Positions 17,684 through 26,325 of a stretch of 64,000 nt of DNA are shown one piece after another. The stretch is taken from the IMG/VR virus record IMGVR_UViG_3300032242_002041, positions 124,001-188,000 of that record; one strand, given 5' to 3'. Within the stretch, counting starts at the first letter, position 1. Each line of letters opens with the position of its first letter. The position numbers and the translations under genes were made by a program. Under the pieces are notes generated by a model that saw nothing but the letters and a program-made list of their open reading frames with translations, had not been told where the DNA came from and did no database searches.

Positions 17684-18341
17684 CATAACTATCTTTTATC
17701 AGGGTGCATCCGGCGGGTTTGCTCTATACTACTATCTACTACTAAGCGGCAAGTATCAGTATGATATCCCCACAGTAAAACAGATGATCGGCCAACAGTT
17801 TCCTGACTCGTTAAACAAAAATCGTTCAAGCTGGAAATCAAATGAGTTTTGGCCCGACAACGCTCAACTTAAAGATACACAGGGTAAAAAAATATTTCTA
17901 ATATGTAATCCATTGTTTGTTGATTCCATGTATGATATGCATAAAACTGTTAGCAATGATACTTACAAAATTTTACTCTACACTGATATACATCTACAGC
18001 TTCGTATGGCCTATGATAAGCAGGCCTACTGGTTTACATCAATAAGTCGACAAATGTTTAACGCACCTCGTAGCACTAAAAAGTATCTAAAGCGAATTAT
18101 TAATTCTAGCCTAGACTACAGGGATATTCAAGTAGATCCAGTATTTTTGGATGTAGTAGAAAAATTTTCACCAGATCAATTAATTAGACTGGAAGATTTT
18201 GTTAATTCTGCAACGATAAATAATTTTGCACCACCAAATCAGGATCAACGTGATTTTTTGAAATATTGGTTATCGTTGCAATCTCCTAAGGCAATACAGT
18301 TGATTGAAAAATACTATCGCACTCCTTTTACATTATGTTAA
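17676..18341 (+). CDS. Hypothetical protein, possible sulfotransferase/P-loop-like fold
   Basis: GTG start overlapping upstream stop; IFYQGASGGF. Confidence 0.5.
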   Translation: MNDITIFYQGASGGFALYYYLLLSGKYQYDIPTVKQMIGQQFPDSLNKNRSSWKSNEFWPDNAQLKDTQGKKIFLICNPLFVDSMYDMHKTVSNDTYKILLYTDIHLQLRMAYDKQAYWFTSISRQMFNAPRSTKKYLKRIINSSLDYRDIQVDPVFLDVVEKFSPDQLIRLEDFVNSATINNFAPPNQDQRDFLKYWLSLQSPKAIQLIEKYYRTPFTLC

Positions 18342-18796
18342 ATTTTGAATACATTGATTTACCACCTATCCCAGAGATCTTATATCCGGACATTTATGCA
18401 TCGTTTAGCACTCCGCAGTATAATATTCATAGCTCAGGATACAAGATATGCAACTGCCCAGAATCTGTATACAAGTGGGTAGCTACGGTGTTTGATCCAA
18501 ACATATACAAATATGATTGTGTAAATGCACAGGAAATAACTGCGGACATGATTATACACAAGGACTGGCGAAGAAAGCTAGTATATAATTTTATTCTTGA
18601 ATCAGGAAACGACAGCGTTGAAACTTGCTTTTATCGAGAAAAAAATCCTGCTACCCTAATAGAACGCCATATAATTGAACCGGGTCGCTGGCATAGACTT
18701 AATGTTGATGCATGGCACAATGCTCAAGGATTAACTCCTGGCGATCGTAGAGTAGCCCTGTGCGTATTCAAACAAGCTAACCGCGACAGTTCATAA
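18335..18796 (+). CDS. 2OG-Fe(II) oxygenase-like protein
   Basis: IHKD ... WHRLNVDAWHN. Confidence 0.6.
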   Translation: MLNFEYIDLPPIPEILYPDIYASFSTPQYNIHSSGYKICNCPESVYKWVATVFDPNIYKYDCVNAQEITADMIIHKDWRRKLVYNFILESGNDSVETCFYREKNPATLIERHIIEPGRWHRLNVDAWHNAQGLTPGDRRVALCVFKQANRDSS

Positions 18797-18801
18797 TTAA
18801 T

Positions 18802-19365
18802 ATGACTCAACTTGATCAAACAATTGTTAATAATTTTTATCGGAACAGAATTGAACCTGTTGCTGACGCACTACAGCGATTAAAAAGTCTAAAGTATTCT
18901 GGGCTCGCCCTGGTTAATAAAATTAACGCAACAGAATCAGTTGTGGATATAGGTTGCGGTAATAATATCTTCAAACAATTTATACCCAACTTAACGGGCG
19001 TTGACCCAATGTATGAGTCAGCTGACTATCAAACAGATCTTCAAAGTTTTGTAACAGATAAAAAATTTGATGTGGCATTTTGTTTGGGTAGTATTAACTA
19101 TGGCACAGTAGACAACATCACACAACAAATACAAAAAGTTATTGACTTGCTAACACCCGGTGGAAGAATTTATTGGCGCATTAAGTTAGGTCCGCATGCG
19201 CCAGGGGATATCAATAGTGCCGCTAACAAGTATCCGTGGACTCTAGCAGATATCTACCGGTTTGCTGAGCAGTTTGGATTCCGTGTGGCAGAACTTCAAG
19301 AGGAAGTGATAACCACTGGCGAACCAAACCCAGAACGCATATATGCGGAATGGACTAGACTATGA
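18802..19365 (+). CDS. Class I SAM-dependent methyltransferase
   Basis: VVDIGCG motif I; FDVAFCLGS. Confidence 0.8.
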   Translation: MTQLDQTIVNNFYRNRIEPVADALQRLKSLKYSGLALVNKINATESVVDIGCGNNIFKQFIPNLTGVDPMYESADYQTDLQSFVTDKKFDVAFCLGSINYGTVDNITQQIQKVIDLLTPGGRIYWRIKLGPHAPGDINSAANKYPWTLADIYRFAEQFGFRVAELQEEVITTGEPNPERIYAEWTRL

Positions 19366-20930
19366 AACAGTACGAAGTTGTCTTAATGACAGATACGTTC
19401 AAATACCACTGGCCTGCTTCGCGTCCATTGGCTATCTATCGCTTGGCCAGCCATTTGCGGGACAATGATATCACTGTAAAAACTGCAAATAAATTTTTGC
19501 ATATGACCATGGATCAATTCAAACGATGTATTGATCTTTATGTCTCTGACGCTACCGTACTTGTAGGCATCAGTGCCACAGTAATGTTTGATTACCCAAA
19601 GGGATGGTTTTTTGGCATTTCAGACGAGGAAATGTTAGAACGAATTGCTTATATTAAAAGTCGCAATCCTGCCGTAAAAGTAGTGGTAGGCGGAGCACAA
19701 GCCGATATTATGGACAACGAATTTTTACAAACCTTTAAGACCATTGACTATGTTTGCCAAGGTCAAGGCGAAAACATTCTACTGGCCATTTATCGACATC
19801 TTAAGTGGGGAGAAAAGCTACGATCCAGCGGACTTGAGTCGCCAAAAATTATAACAGAAAATTTTTACAAATACGAGGATTTTTGTTCAAGTAAGAACAC
19901 TTTTACCGAAGACGATGACATTGTGCCCAGAGAAGCACTACCGTTAGAAATTGCCCGCGGCTGTATTTTTAAATGTAAATTTTGTGCCTACGATTTAACA
20001 CAGAAAAAGTTTATGGACTACACAAAGACTTTTGATAACCTACGAGCTGAATTTATTAATAATTACGAAAATTTTCAAACCCAGCACTACTATACTTCGG
20101 ATGATTTGATCAACGACAGCGTGGAAAAGGTCGATATGTTGTTGGCTGTTACTGAATCTTTGCCTTTTAAAATTTATCTTGGCGGCTACATTCGTTTAGA
20201 TTTGGTGCGCAGATATCCAGACATGATTGAAAAATTAAAACGCATTGGGCTAGTAGGAGGGTTTGTTGGCATTGAAACCATCAATGATAAGAGCGGCCGC
20301 GCTGTAGGCAAAGGGCTAGGACGTCAACGTATCGAAGAAGCACTACAACAATGCAAGGATGTCTGGCAAGGGGAAGTTTATATACAAGCCGGGTTTATAC
20401 TTGGGTTGCCACACGACACAGTCGAAACAGGACCCGAGCTATACGAGTGGGGCAAGGCGGCAATTGATAATAGCCTAATTCATAAATTAAATATACAGCC
20501 GTTAAAAATTAACCCCAACCTAGGAAAATCTGACATAAACGAACATCCTGAAACTTATGGCTATCAAATTGAGTTAGAAGGTGCAAAGACAATATTTGCT
20601 CATCAAGCCCTGGTCAAAAAACCCAAAGGCATACACGACACAGCTGAGTGGAAAACAGAAACATATAATTCTAAACAAGCTGTAACAGACGCCGCACGAT
20701 ATAATACAGAATTAACACAGAGACAAGTAATACCTGAGTATGCCATAAGTCCGTTTGGATTGCCTATGATTTTGGCACTGCTACCCAAGGATCTTGCCGA
20801 ACAGTTTGTACGATATAATACCAGATTCATACCAGCCACAGACGAAATGACCAATAGATTTAAATCTGCATTGACAAGAAACTATAATAATTACGAACAA
20901 GCGTATTTTAAAAAGTTGTTACAACTTTAA
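19362..20930 (+). CDS. B12-binding radical SAM protein
   Basis: N-terminal cobalamin-type domain (VVVGGAQA, GQGE); ARGCIFKCKFC; FVGIET. Confidence 0.85.
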   Translation: MKQYEVVLMTDTFKYHWPASRPLAIYRLASHLRDNDITVKTANKFLHMTMDQFKRCIDLYVSDATVLVGISATVMFDYPKGWFFGISDEEMLERIAYIKSRNPAVKVVVGGAQADIMDNEFLQTFKTIDYVCQGQGENILLAIYRHLKWGEKLRSSGLESPKIITENFYKYEDFCSSKNTFTEDDDIVPREALPLEIARGCIFKCKFCAYDLTQKKFMDYTKTFDNLRAEFINNYENFQTQHYYTSDDLINDSVEKVDMLLAVTESLPFKIYLGGYIRLDLVRRYPDMIEKLKRIGLVGGFVGIETINDKSGRAVGKGLGRQRIEEALQQCKDVWQGEVYIQAGFILGLPHDTVETGPELYEWGKAAIDNSLIHKLNIQPLKINPNLGKSDINEHPETYGYQIELEGAKTIFAHQALVKKPKGIHDTAEWKTETYNSKQAVTDAARYNTELTQRQVIPEYAISPFGLPMILALLPKDLAEQFVRYNTRFIPATDEMTNRFKSALTRNYNNYEQAYFKKLLQL

Positions 20931-22387
20931 GTTTTAGAAAAGTAGTCTAATTTTTTTTGCTTGTATTGATCAACAAATTTATTAGTGTTAACGGCCAGCA
21001 CTTCAAAAGGATTTATTGTTGATTGTGCAGGGTGATATTTTGTCCACCAGCTGATAGATTCATAAACCACAGACATATCAAATATCATCCACGGGTTGCA
21101 CTTGATATTACCGGCAGATTGACGGTTAAGCTCATCACACAGGCCAATTGCTTGAGGTAGTGTTAATTGATCATTTTCCCATGCAACTAAACTAAGCCCT
21201 CGATCTCGTAATCCTCTACCCGATGGTATAGTTGTCTGTTTAACAGTTTCTTTATAGCCATACTTTGCGTAGTCCTGTTCAATAGGACTTAACACTTCGC
21301 CAGACCCGTTGTTTTGTTTAATTGACAAAGGAAACCAATACCACATGTCCATGGGTCGTTCGGTGTTTAGCCACTCACATATTTCTCTTTGTTTTTCAAC
21401 TGTGTCTTTAGGTAGCCCAGCAATAAAAGTACCGTAGATGAACAAGTCAGGATATTGTAGTCGAATGTCTTTTAGGTATTGTACCAGCAGGGTTGGATCA
21501 ACTGTTTTGCCTATAAGTCGACCTGTATCTTTGTTTAAGGAATCAATTCCAAAATGCACAGCAACTACTCCGGCTTTGACTAGTTTGTCTAATAGCCCGG
21601 GCTGTTTGTATAATAAATCGAGCCGCAGGAAGCAAACCACTTGAATAGGTTCGGGAATAAGAGTTGAAATATGTAGTAGTAAGTTGGCTTTTTCGTCAGT
21701 GTCATTAAACGTGCTATCTATTATTGAAAATTTGGTAATACCATAGTGTTGATAGGCATACAGGAATTCGTCAACAATGGCCTGCTCGCTCTTTTCAAAA
21801 TCTTGTTTACGGACGCCAATTGCACTGTGGTTGCAAAATGAACATTTAAAAATACAACCTCTTGAAAAAGTCACAACCTGAAATTCGTTAGGATCAACAA
21901 AGTCAGTGGGCAAATATTTGATACTAAACGCACTGGCCTTCATGTCGTTAGGATAGTCACGACTGGCGTTTACCAGCTGATTGGCGGATTTAACTGTGCT
22001 AGGATTTTGAAGTATTTCTAGAACAGCAGTTTCGGCGAAACCCTCCACATAGTAATCGGCATTGGCATAGTTTAAGCGCAATACTCGTTCGCCAAAAATT
22101 ATAATTTTAGCATCGGGGACTATGATTTTGATCTTGGTGTAGAGCAACTCCCAGTCATTGTACCTTTTGTCCAGGGTAGAAACCATGCATATAAATTCTG
22201 GTTGGTTATTTTTGATTATGCTGGACAACTCATCCACAGTAAAATCATGAAGAAAATCAACTACATCTACTTGAATGTTGTGCCCTCTAAGAAAGCTGGC
22301 CATGACATGTGCAGCAGAATTACGTTTAATTCCTTGACGATATCCGTTGTATTGATTCCAATTGTCTGAGAATATTAAACCGTGCAT
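20927..22387 (-). CDS. B12-binding radical SAM protein (paralog of 19362..20930)
   Basis: SRGCIFKCSFC; IDSTFN; HFGIDS; TAAATA 7 nt upstream. Confidence 0.85.
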   Translation of the reverse strand: MHGLIFSDNWNQYNGYRQGIKRNSAAHVMASFLRGHNIQVDVVDFLHDFTVDELSSIIKNNQPEFICMVSTLDKRYNDWELLYTKIKIIVPDAKIIIFGERVLRLNYANADYYVEGFAETAVLEILQNPSTVKSANQLVNASRDYPNDMKASAFSIKYLPTDFVDPNEFQVVTFSRGCIFKCSFCNHSAIGVRKQDFEKSEQAIVDEFLYAYQHYGITKFSIIDSTFNDTDEKANLLLHISTLIPEPIQVVCFLRLDLLYKQPGLLDKLVKAGVVAVHFGIDSLNKDTGRLIGKTVDPTLLVQYLKDIRLQYPDLFIYGTFIAGLPKDTVEKQREICEWLNTERPMDMWYWFPLSIKQNNGSGEVLSPIEQDYAKYGYKETVKQTTIPSGRGLRDRGLSLVAWENDQLTLPQAIGLCDELNRQSAGNIKCNPWMIFDMSVVYESISWWTKYHPAQSTINPFEVLAVNTNKFVDQYKQKKLDYFSKT

Positions 22388-22404
22388 GTTTTGATATTTA
22401 GCCC

Positions 22405-22434
22405 AAAAAACCCTGCGATTTTTACATCGCAGGG
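22405..22434 (-). terminator. Intrinsic terminator
   Basis: CCCTGCGAT/ATCGCAGGG stem followed by TTTTTT. Confidence 0.8.
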
Positions 22435-23027
22435 CCGTTGCCGTTCTTGAAACCTACTTCACCACCTTCTGCCTCGATACGTTTGATAACGTCTTCAAAC
22501 AAGATAGGTGCAAAGTCCGGGGTTTGTTCTACGCATACGCAATGGTAGCGTGGATCAATCTCATCATTGTAAAGAAGTTCACCTGTTTTAACATTAACAC
22601 CACGAATTTTCTTTACGCGATTAGCGTGAAGGTGTCCGTGAATATTAACACCAAAGCGACCAAGACTTTCTGGGTGAACCGGAATATGACTAAGAATCAT
22701 CCCATTCATCACATGGTATCCACGTAGACTTCTAAAGTAAGGAGTATAGTCCTCATCCTTAAAGATGTCGTGATTGCCACGTATGAGAACTTTGTCACCG
22801 TTTAGCCTATCCAGAATAGGCAAGGCTTTGCGGTTAATAACCACATCACCCAAATGGTAAACCTTGTCATTTGGACGGACACGTTCGTTCCATGCGGCAA
22901 CCATGGCTTCGTCCATTTCCTTGGGATCAGTCCATGGGCGAAGTTTTGTAACACCATCCGTGCGGGTGAAGCGACACACACCAGCATGACCAAAGTGTGT
23001 ATCGCTTGTTAAAAATACTGCTGGCAT
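22422..23027 (-). CDS. Calcineurin-like metallophosphoesterase
   Basis: SDTHFGH, HLGD, GNHD, HGHLH. Confidence 0.9.
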   Translation of the reverse strand: MPAVFLTSDTHFGHAGVCRFTRTDGVTKLRPWTDPKEMDEAMVAAWNERVRPNDKVYHLGDVVINRKALPILDRLNGDKVLIRGNHDIFKDEDYTPYFRSLRGYHVMNGMILSHIPVHPESLGRFGVNIHGHLHANRVKKIRGVNVKTGELLYNDEIDPRYHCVCVEQTPDFAPILFEDVIKRIEAEGGEVGFKNGNGPAM

Positions 23028-23059
23028 ATTCGGCTCCTTTCTTCGATGATCTATACGCT

Positions 23060-23088
23060 ATTGTACTACAACTGGTAAAACTTGTCAA
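23060..23088 (-). promoter_or_regulatory. Sigma70-type promoter
   Basis: TTGACA-17-TACAAT. Confidence 0.85.
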
Positions 23089-23090
23089 TC

Positions 23091-23167
23091 TGGTGCCCCT
23101 GGTAGGATTCGGACCTACAGATCCCGCCCTCTTAAAGCGGTGACTTTACCAGTTTGTCTACAGGGGT
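23091..23167 (-). tRNA. tRNA-Leu(AAG)-like, atypical (short variable loop, A1:C72 mismatch, TCCGAAT T-loop)
   Basis: Stem CCGCT/GGCGG with loop TT-AAG-AG; encoded CCA. Confidence 0.6.
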
Positions 23168-23171
23168 ATGA

Positions 23172-23203
23172 TGGATATAAGAGGCAGATTTGAACTGACA
23201 ATT
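23172..23203 (-). pseudogene. 3' tRNA remnant (T-arm + CCA)
   Basis: GTCAG-TTCAAAT-CTGCC-TCTTATA-T-CCA; 5' half replaced by the CDS ending at 23204. Confidence 0.45.
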
Positions 23204-24298
23204 TTACAAATTATGTATGCGGTGGTGTAACCAATTTCGCAGAGGGCCAATAAAGTGCTCACGATTTTGAATCCACCAATGATTGTGATCTAACACATTT
23301 TTTAATTTTCTGTAAACAATAAAAGAATCTTTTCTGGCCAGATCAAGCATGGATTGCCAGGCCGCTTGCCATCGTTCACCATCATCGGTTATTTGATCAT
23401 ACGATTCATCTATTATAGAATCAAATGTTTGAAACCCTAGTTGATTTAGGTTGTAAAGGAAATTAGCTGAGCCGAATACTATAAATGGTCTTTTGGCAAA
23501 TAACGGCTTGGCTGTTTTTTCTGTAGGAAAAAAATGATCGTTATTAAAATATGGGGTTCTTGCGGTAGTTTCGGCTACAACACTATAATTCGAGTCGGCA
23601 TAAATTTTCCATGGCACACGGTTTGATTCTCTTTGTTGAAAGGGTACTCCATGACTTCCAGTTATATAACTATGAAAAGAAAGTCCACCGTTGAGTTTTT
23701 CACATACTTGATCTGTTTCGTATTTTTCAAGTCCAGGAGTACGATAAATTGTTTTGCAATTAATATCAGCATTGTTGGAGGTGTAGTTTACAAAACTTTT
23801 TGTTAACAAAGAAGATTGTTTTAGTTGATTAAACAAATAATCTCTATGAGGTTTTTTCAAGCCCAGCAATATATCAAATATATTTTCTTTTGATGTAGAG
23901 TAATTTTGATCTTCAAATTTGTTAAAAGGTGTGCCTACTTCTAACAACATCCAGGGAACCATGAAATAATTTTGATTGTTTATTTTGTCTCCGGTTACTA
24001 AAAGTATATTAGAATTAATATAATATTTTGCAAGTCTATCTTCATAATCGGGCCAAGGAATCCATTCTTTACTAAACACAATAACTAAATCAAACAAAGA
24101 CAAATCAAGTGCTAGTTGTGTAAAAGACTGGCATTGAACTACTGCTATTTTTTTACCGCAATTAAATCGAAATCGAGTATAATTACTGTAGTAATACTTG
24201 CTGTCGATTGGCAGGATATCGTAATGAGGAAATAATTCTCCTGGGCGAATTTCAAACGATTCTAAACAGTGGTCAATATTATATATTTGATTAAACAT
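23204..24298 (-). CDS. Putative glycosyltransferase (TEK motif family), paralog 3
   Basis: VVAETT...FPTEKTAKPL...PFIVFG...GFQTFDSIIDESYD; TAAATA at 24309-24314. Confidence 0.5.
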   Translation of the reverse strand: MFNQIYNIDHCLESFEIRPGELFPHYDILPIDSKYYYSNYTRFRFNCGKKIAVVQCQSFTQLALDLSLFDLVIVFSKEWIPWPDYEDRLAKYYINSNILLVTGDKINNQNYFMVPWMLLEVGTPFNKFEDQNYSTSKENIFDILLGLKKPHRDYLFNQLKQSSLLTKSFVNYTSNNADINCKTIYRTPGLEKYETDQVCEKLNGGLSFHSYITGSHGVPFQQRESNRVPWKIYADSNYSVVAETTARTPYFNNDHFFPTEKTAKPLFAKRPFIVFGSANFLYNLNQLGFQTFDSIIDESYDQITDDGERWQAAWQSMLDLARKDSFIVYRKLKNVLDHNHWWIQNREHFIGPLRNWLHHRIHNL

Positions 24299-24323
24299 AG
24301 CAGAAACATATTTAATATAGAGT

Positions 24324-24401
24324 TGGAGCAACGGGTAGGATTTGAACCTACGGTGTTAGGGATTTGCAGTCTCTCGCATTGGGCCACTCTGCCACCGTTG
24401 C
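24324..24401 (-). tRNA. tRNA-Cys(GCA)
   Basis: Cloverleaf, loop CT-GCA-AA, U73-CCA. Confidence 0.95.
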
Positions 24402-24407
24402 ATTGTT

Positions 24408-24482
24408 TGGCTCCCCTCGACAGATTCGAACTGCCACGATCGGTTTTGGAGACCGACATGCTACCGTTAACATCAAAGGGGA
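24408..24482 (-). tRNA. tRNA-Trp(CCA)
   Basis: Cloverleaf, loop CT-CCA-AA. Confidence 0.95.
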
Positions 24483-24487
24483 ATACT

Positions 24488-24561
24488 TGGAGCGGGATAA
24501 GAGAATCGAACTCTTGACCGAAGATTGGAAATCTGCTGTTTTACCATTAAACTAATCCCGC
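24488..24561 (-). tRNA. tRNA-Gly(TCC)
   Basis: Cloverleaf, loop TT-TCC-AA. Confidence 0.95.
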
Positions 24562-24580
24562 TTAGGATTTTACTACAATT

Positions 24581-24656
24581 TGGCTCCGGTCCCTGGAATC
24601 GAACCAGGCTTCATGGATTAACAGTCCACCGCCTACACCGTGTTTGCTTGACCGGA
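24581..24656 (-). tRNA. tRNA-Asn(GTT)
   Basis: Cloverleaf, loop CT-GTT-AA. Confidence 0.95.
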
Positions 24657-24662
24657 TTTGTC

Positions 24663-24864
24663 TAGTGTTAAAATTACTATTCTATGTTTAAGAGACTCTG
24701 GCCTGTGCTGGTTAACCCAGTCATTGCGCGGATCTCTCCTTGTTGCGTCGTTTACACAGCATCAGCAGGCTGTGGTTTCCTGGATTACAGGCTGACTTGA
24801 CAAGGATGGTTATCTTCCTTAACAGTTAGGATTGCTTACTCTTTCGCACACAATCTTAACACTA
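24663..24864 (-). ncRNA. Unassigned ~200-nt structured RNA inside the tRNA array
   Basis: 13-bp terminal stem TAGTGTTAAGATT/AATTTTAACACTA; internal GCCTGT/ACAGGC, CACAGC/GCTGTG, CTGG/CCAG, TCCT/AGGA. Confidence 0.55.
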
Positions 24865-24870
24865 AACAAC

Positions 24871-24946
24871 TGGCGCTCCCAGCGAGATTCGAACTCGCGT
24901 ACTCACCGTGAAAGGGTGATGTCCTAGGCCTCTAGACGATGGGAGC
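24871..24946 (-). tRNA. tRNA-Glu(TTC)
   Basis: Cloverleaf, loop CT-TTC-AC. Confidence 0.95.
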
Positions 24947-24963
24947 ATCTAAACAATAATTCT

Positions 24964-24992
24964 ATTATACAACTACAAATTACATTTGTCAA
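24964..24992 (-). promoter_or_regulatory. Sigma70-type promoter of tRNA array
   Basis: TTGACA-17-TATAAT. Confidence 0.9.
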
Positions 24993-25036
24993 CTAGATAA
25001 AAATTTTTATAGTCGATTAAGCCAATAAATAAATTT

Positions 25037-25807
25037 ATGTCCACATATAACATAGAAGTACATGATAATTTAATAGCTCCAGATTTGCATGAAAAAATTT
25101 ATCAATATATAAAAACACTTACCTTTACAGGAGTTTGGTTGGAAGCCAAACGAGTTGAATTTGATTATAGTCTCAACAGTCCCAAAAATCCAGCCGACTG
25201 GATGTTGTATCAAAGTATGGGCAGAGAACTACAATTACATCGGTGCCCGTTAGCCAGCGACGAGCACAGTTTAAAGGCCTTTCCGCCAATTTATTTGTTA
25301 TGGAAAGAGATAAATCGTCGACTAGACAATCAATTTGAGTTAGCTGGGAATCCAGAAGGCATGGCTACTCCGTTAAAAATTCCAACTCCGCAAGATTCTA
25401 ATTTAAAAACAGGATGGCGTGCCTATATAAATGCCCACTATAATACACACGCAGGACACGGCGGCGACGGTTATGCACATCGAGATACACCGTTAGAATA
25501 TAATGATGAAAACACTGTTACTATGCTGTATATTGCTAATCCAGATTGGTATCCATCATGGTCGGGCGATTTAAAATTCTACGGCGAAGATCCCGAAGGA
25601 CTATCCAAAGATCATCAACAGTTTAATCGTGGTATACAGCAACGACGAAATTACAATGTTGGGTGGTTAGATCAAGGACGTGTAGTAAGTCCAGTTCCCG
25701 GACGTTTGATTGTATATGATGGACGTTGTCTACACGGAACTACTTTACCAAGTTCTCCTCTTGAAACACCAATTATTAAAATAGCATTTCGTGCTAGACG
25801 AAAATAA
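25037..25807 (+). CDS. 2OG-Fe(II) oxygenase (prolyl-hydroxylase-like)
   Basis: AHRD, WSGDL, LHG, KIAFR; TAAATA at 25026-25031. Confidence 0.8.
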   Translation: MSTYNIEVHDNLIAPDLHEKIYQYIKTLTFTGVWLEAKRVEFDYSLNSPKNPADWMLYQSMGRELQLHRCPLASDEHSLKAFPPIYLLWKEINRRLDNQFELAGNPEGMATPLKIPTPQDSNLKTGWRAYINAHYNTHAGHGGDGYAHRDTPLEYNDENTVTMLYIANPDWYPSWSGDLKFYGEDPEGLSKDHQQFNRGIQQRRNYNVGWLDQGRVVSPVPGRLIVYDGRCLHGTTLPSSPLETPIIKIAFRARRK

Positions 25808-25809
25808 TT

Positions 25810-25894
25810 TGGTGGGCCAGGAAAGATTCGAACTTTCGTACTCAGAGAGGGGAGATTTACAGTCTCCTGGTTTTAGCCACTCACCCACCGACCC
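25810..25894 (-). tRNA. tRNA-Tyr(GTA)
   Basis: Cloverleaf with variable arm, loop CT-GTA-AA. Confidence 0.95.
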
Positions 25895-25895
25895 A

Positions 25896-25967
25896 TATAG
25901 TAAAACGCACTGGCCACTTTTGTGTTTGCTTCCAGAATAATCGGACCGTCCAATGCGCTTTACTATA
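25896..25967 (-). ncRNA. Long-stem structured element directly 5' of tRNA-Tyr
   Basis: 18-bp stem TATAGTAAAGCGCATTGG/CCAGTGCGTTTTACTATA; its G-U pairs work only on the - strand. Confidence 0.5.
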
Positions 25968-26034
25968 CTATCATCTATACTAGGTTGTTGCCGCCAACTG
26001 TTCATCCGATAGCCCGCCCGTTTGTGTTGTTTAT

Positions 26035-26063
26035 AGTATAACACAGGTCCTCGTTACCTGCAA
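26035..26063 (-). promoter_or_regulatory. Sigma70-type promoter
   Basis: TTGCAG-17-TATACT. Confidence 0.6.
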
Positions 26064-26076
26064 CCACTTTGAACCA

Positions 26077-26247
26077 TTAATCTTCTATTTGATGATAAAC
26101 TGTATCACGTGCCTGAAGCATTTCTGTTGCACGACGAATCTTATTCTGAAACAGTCTTGTTTTCATTTCTTCGGTTAGTGTTAAATTACTAACTTCCCAA
26201 GCCTGTTTGACAATACGATCATTTAGTTTACTATAATCTGTGTCCAT
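26077..26247 (-). CDS. Hypothetical protein (56 aa)
   Basis: Manual translation MDTDYSKLNDRIVKQAWEVSNLTLTEEMKTRLFQNKIRRATEMLQARDTVYHQIED; AAGGA SD. Confidence 0.65.
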   Translation of the reverse strand: MDTDYSKLNDRIVKQAWEVSNLTLTEEMKTRLFQNKIRRATEMLQARDTVYHQIED

Positions 26248-26264
26248 GTTCTTTCCTTTAAAAT

Positions 26265-26301
26265 AAAAAACCCCGGAGTGTTTAAAGTTCCGGGGTTTTT
26301 T
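26265..26301. terminator. Intrinsic terminator (bidirectional), candidate attenuator
   Basis: AAAAAACCCCGGA-11 nt-TCCGGGGTTTTTT. Confidence 0.85.
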
Positions 26302-26325
26302 GAATAAAAATTAAAAACTTACTAT

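Noticed and set aside
24262-24555. ORFs 24262..24459, 24269..24517 and 24364..24555
   Set aside because: They overlap bona fide tRNA genes and have no protein-like features.
24663-24864. Hammerhead or theta (HDV-like) ribozyme after tRNA-Glu
   Set aside because: CTGATG is not followed by the GA...GAAA core, and I could not build the nested double pseudoknot; kept only as an unassigned RNA.
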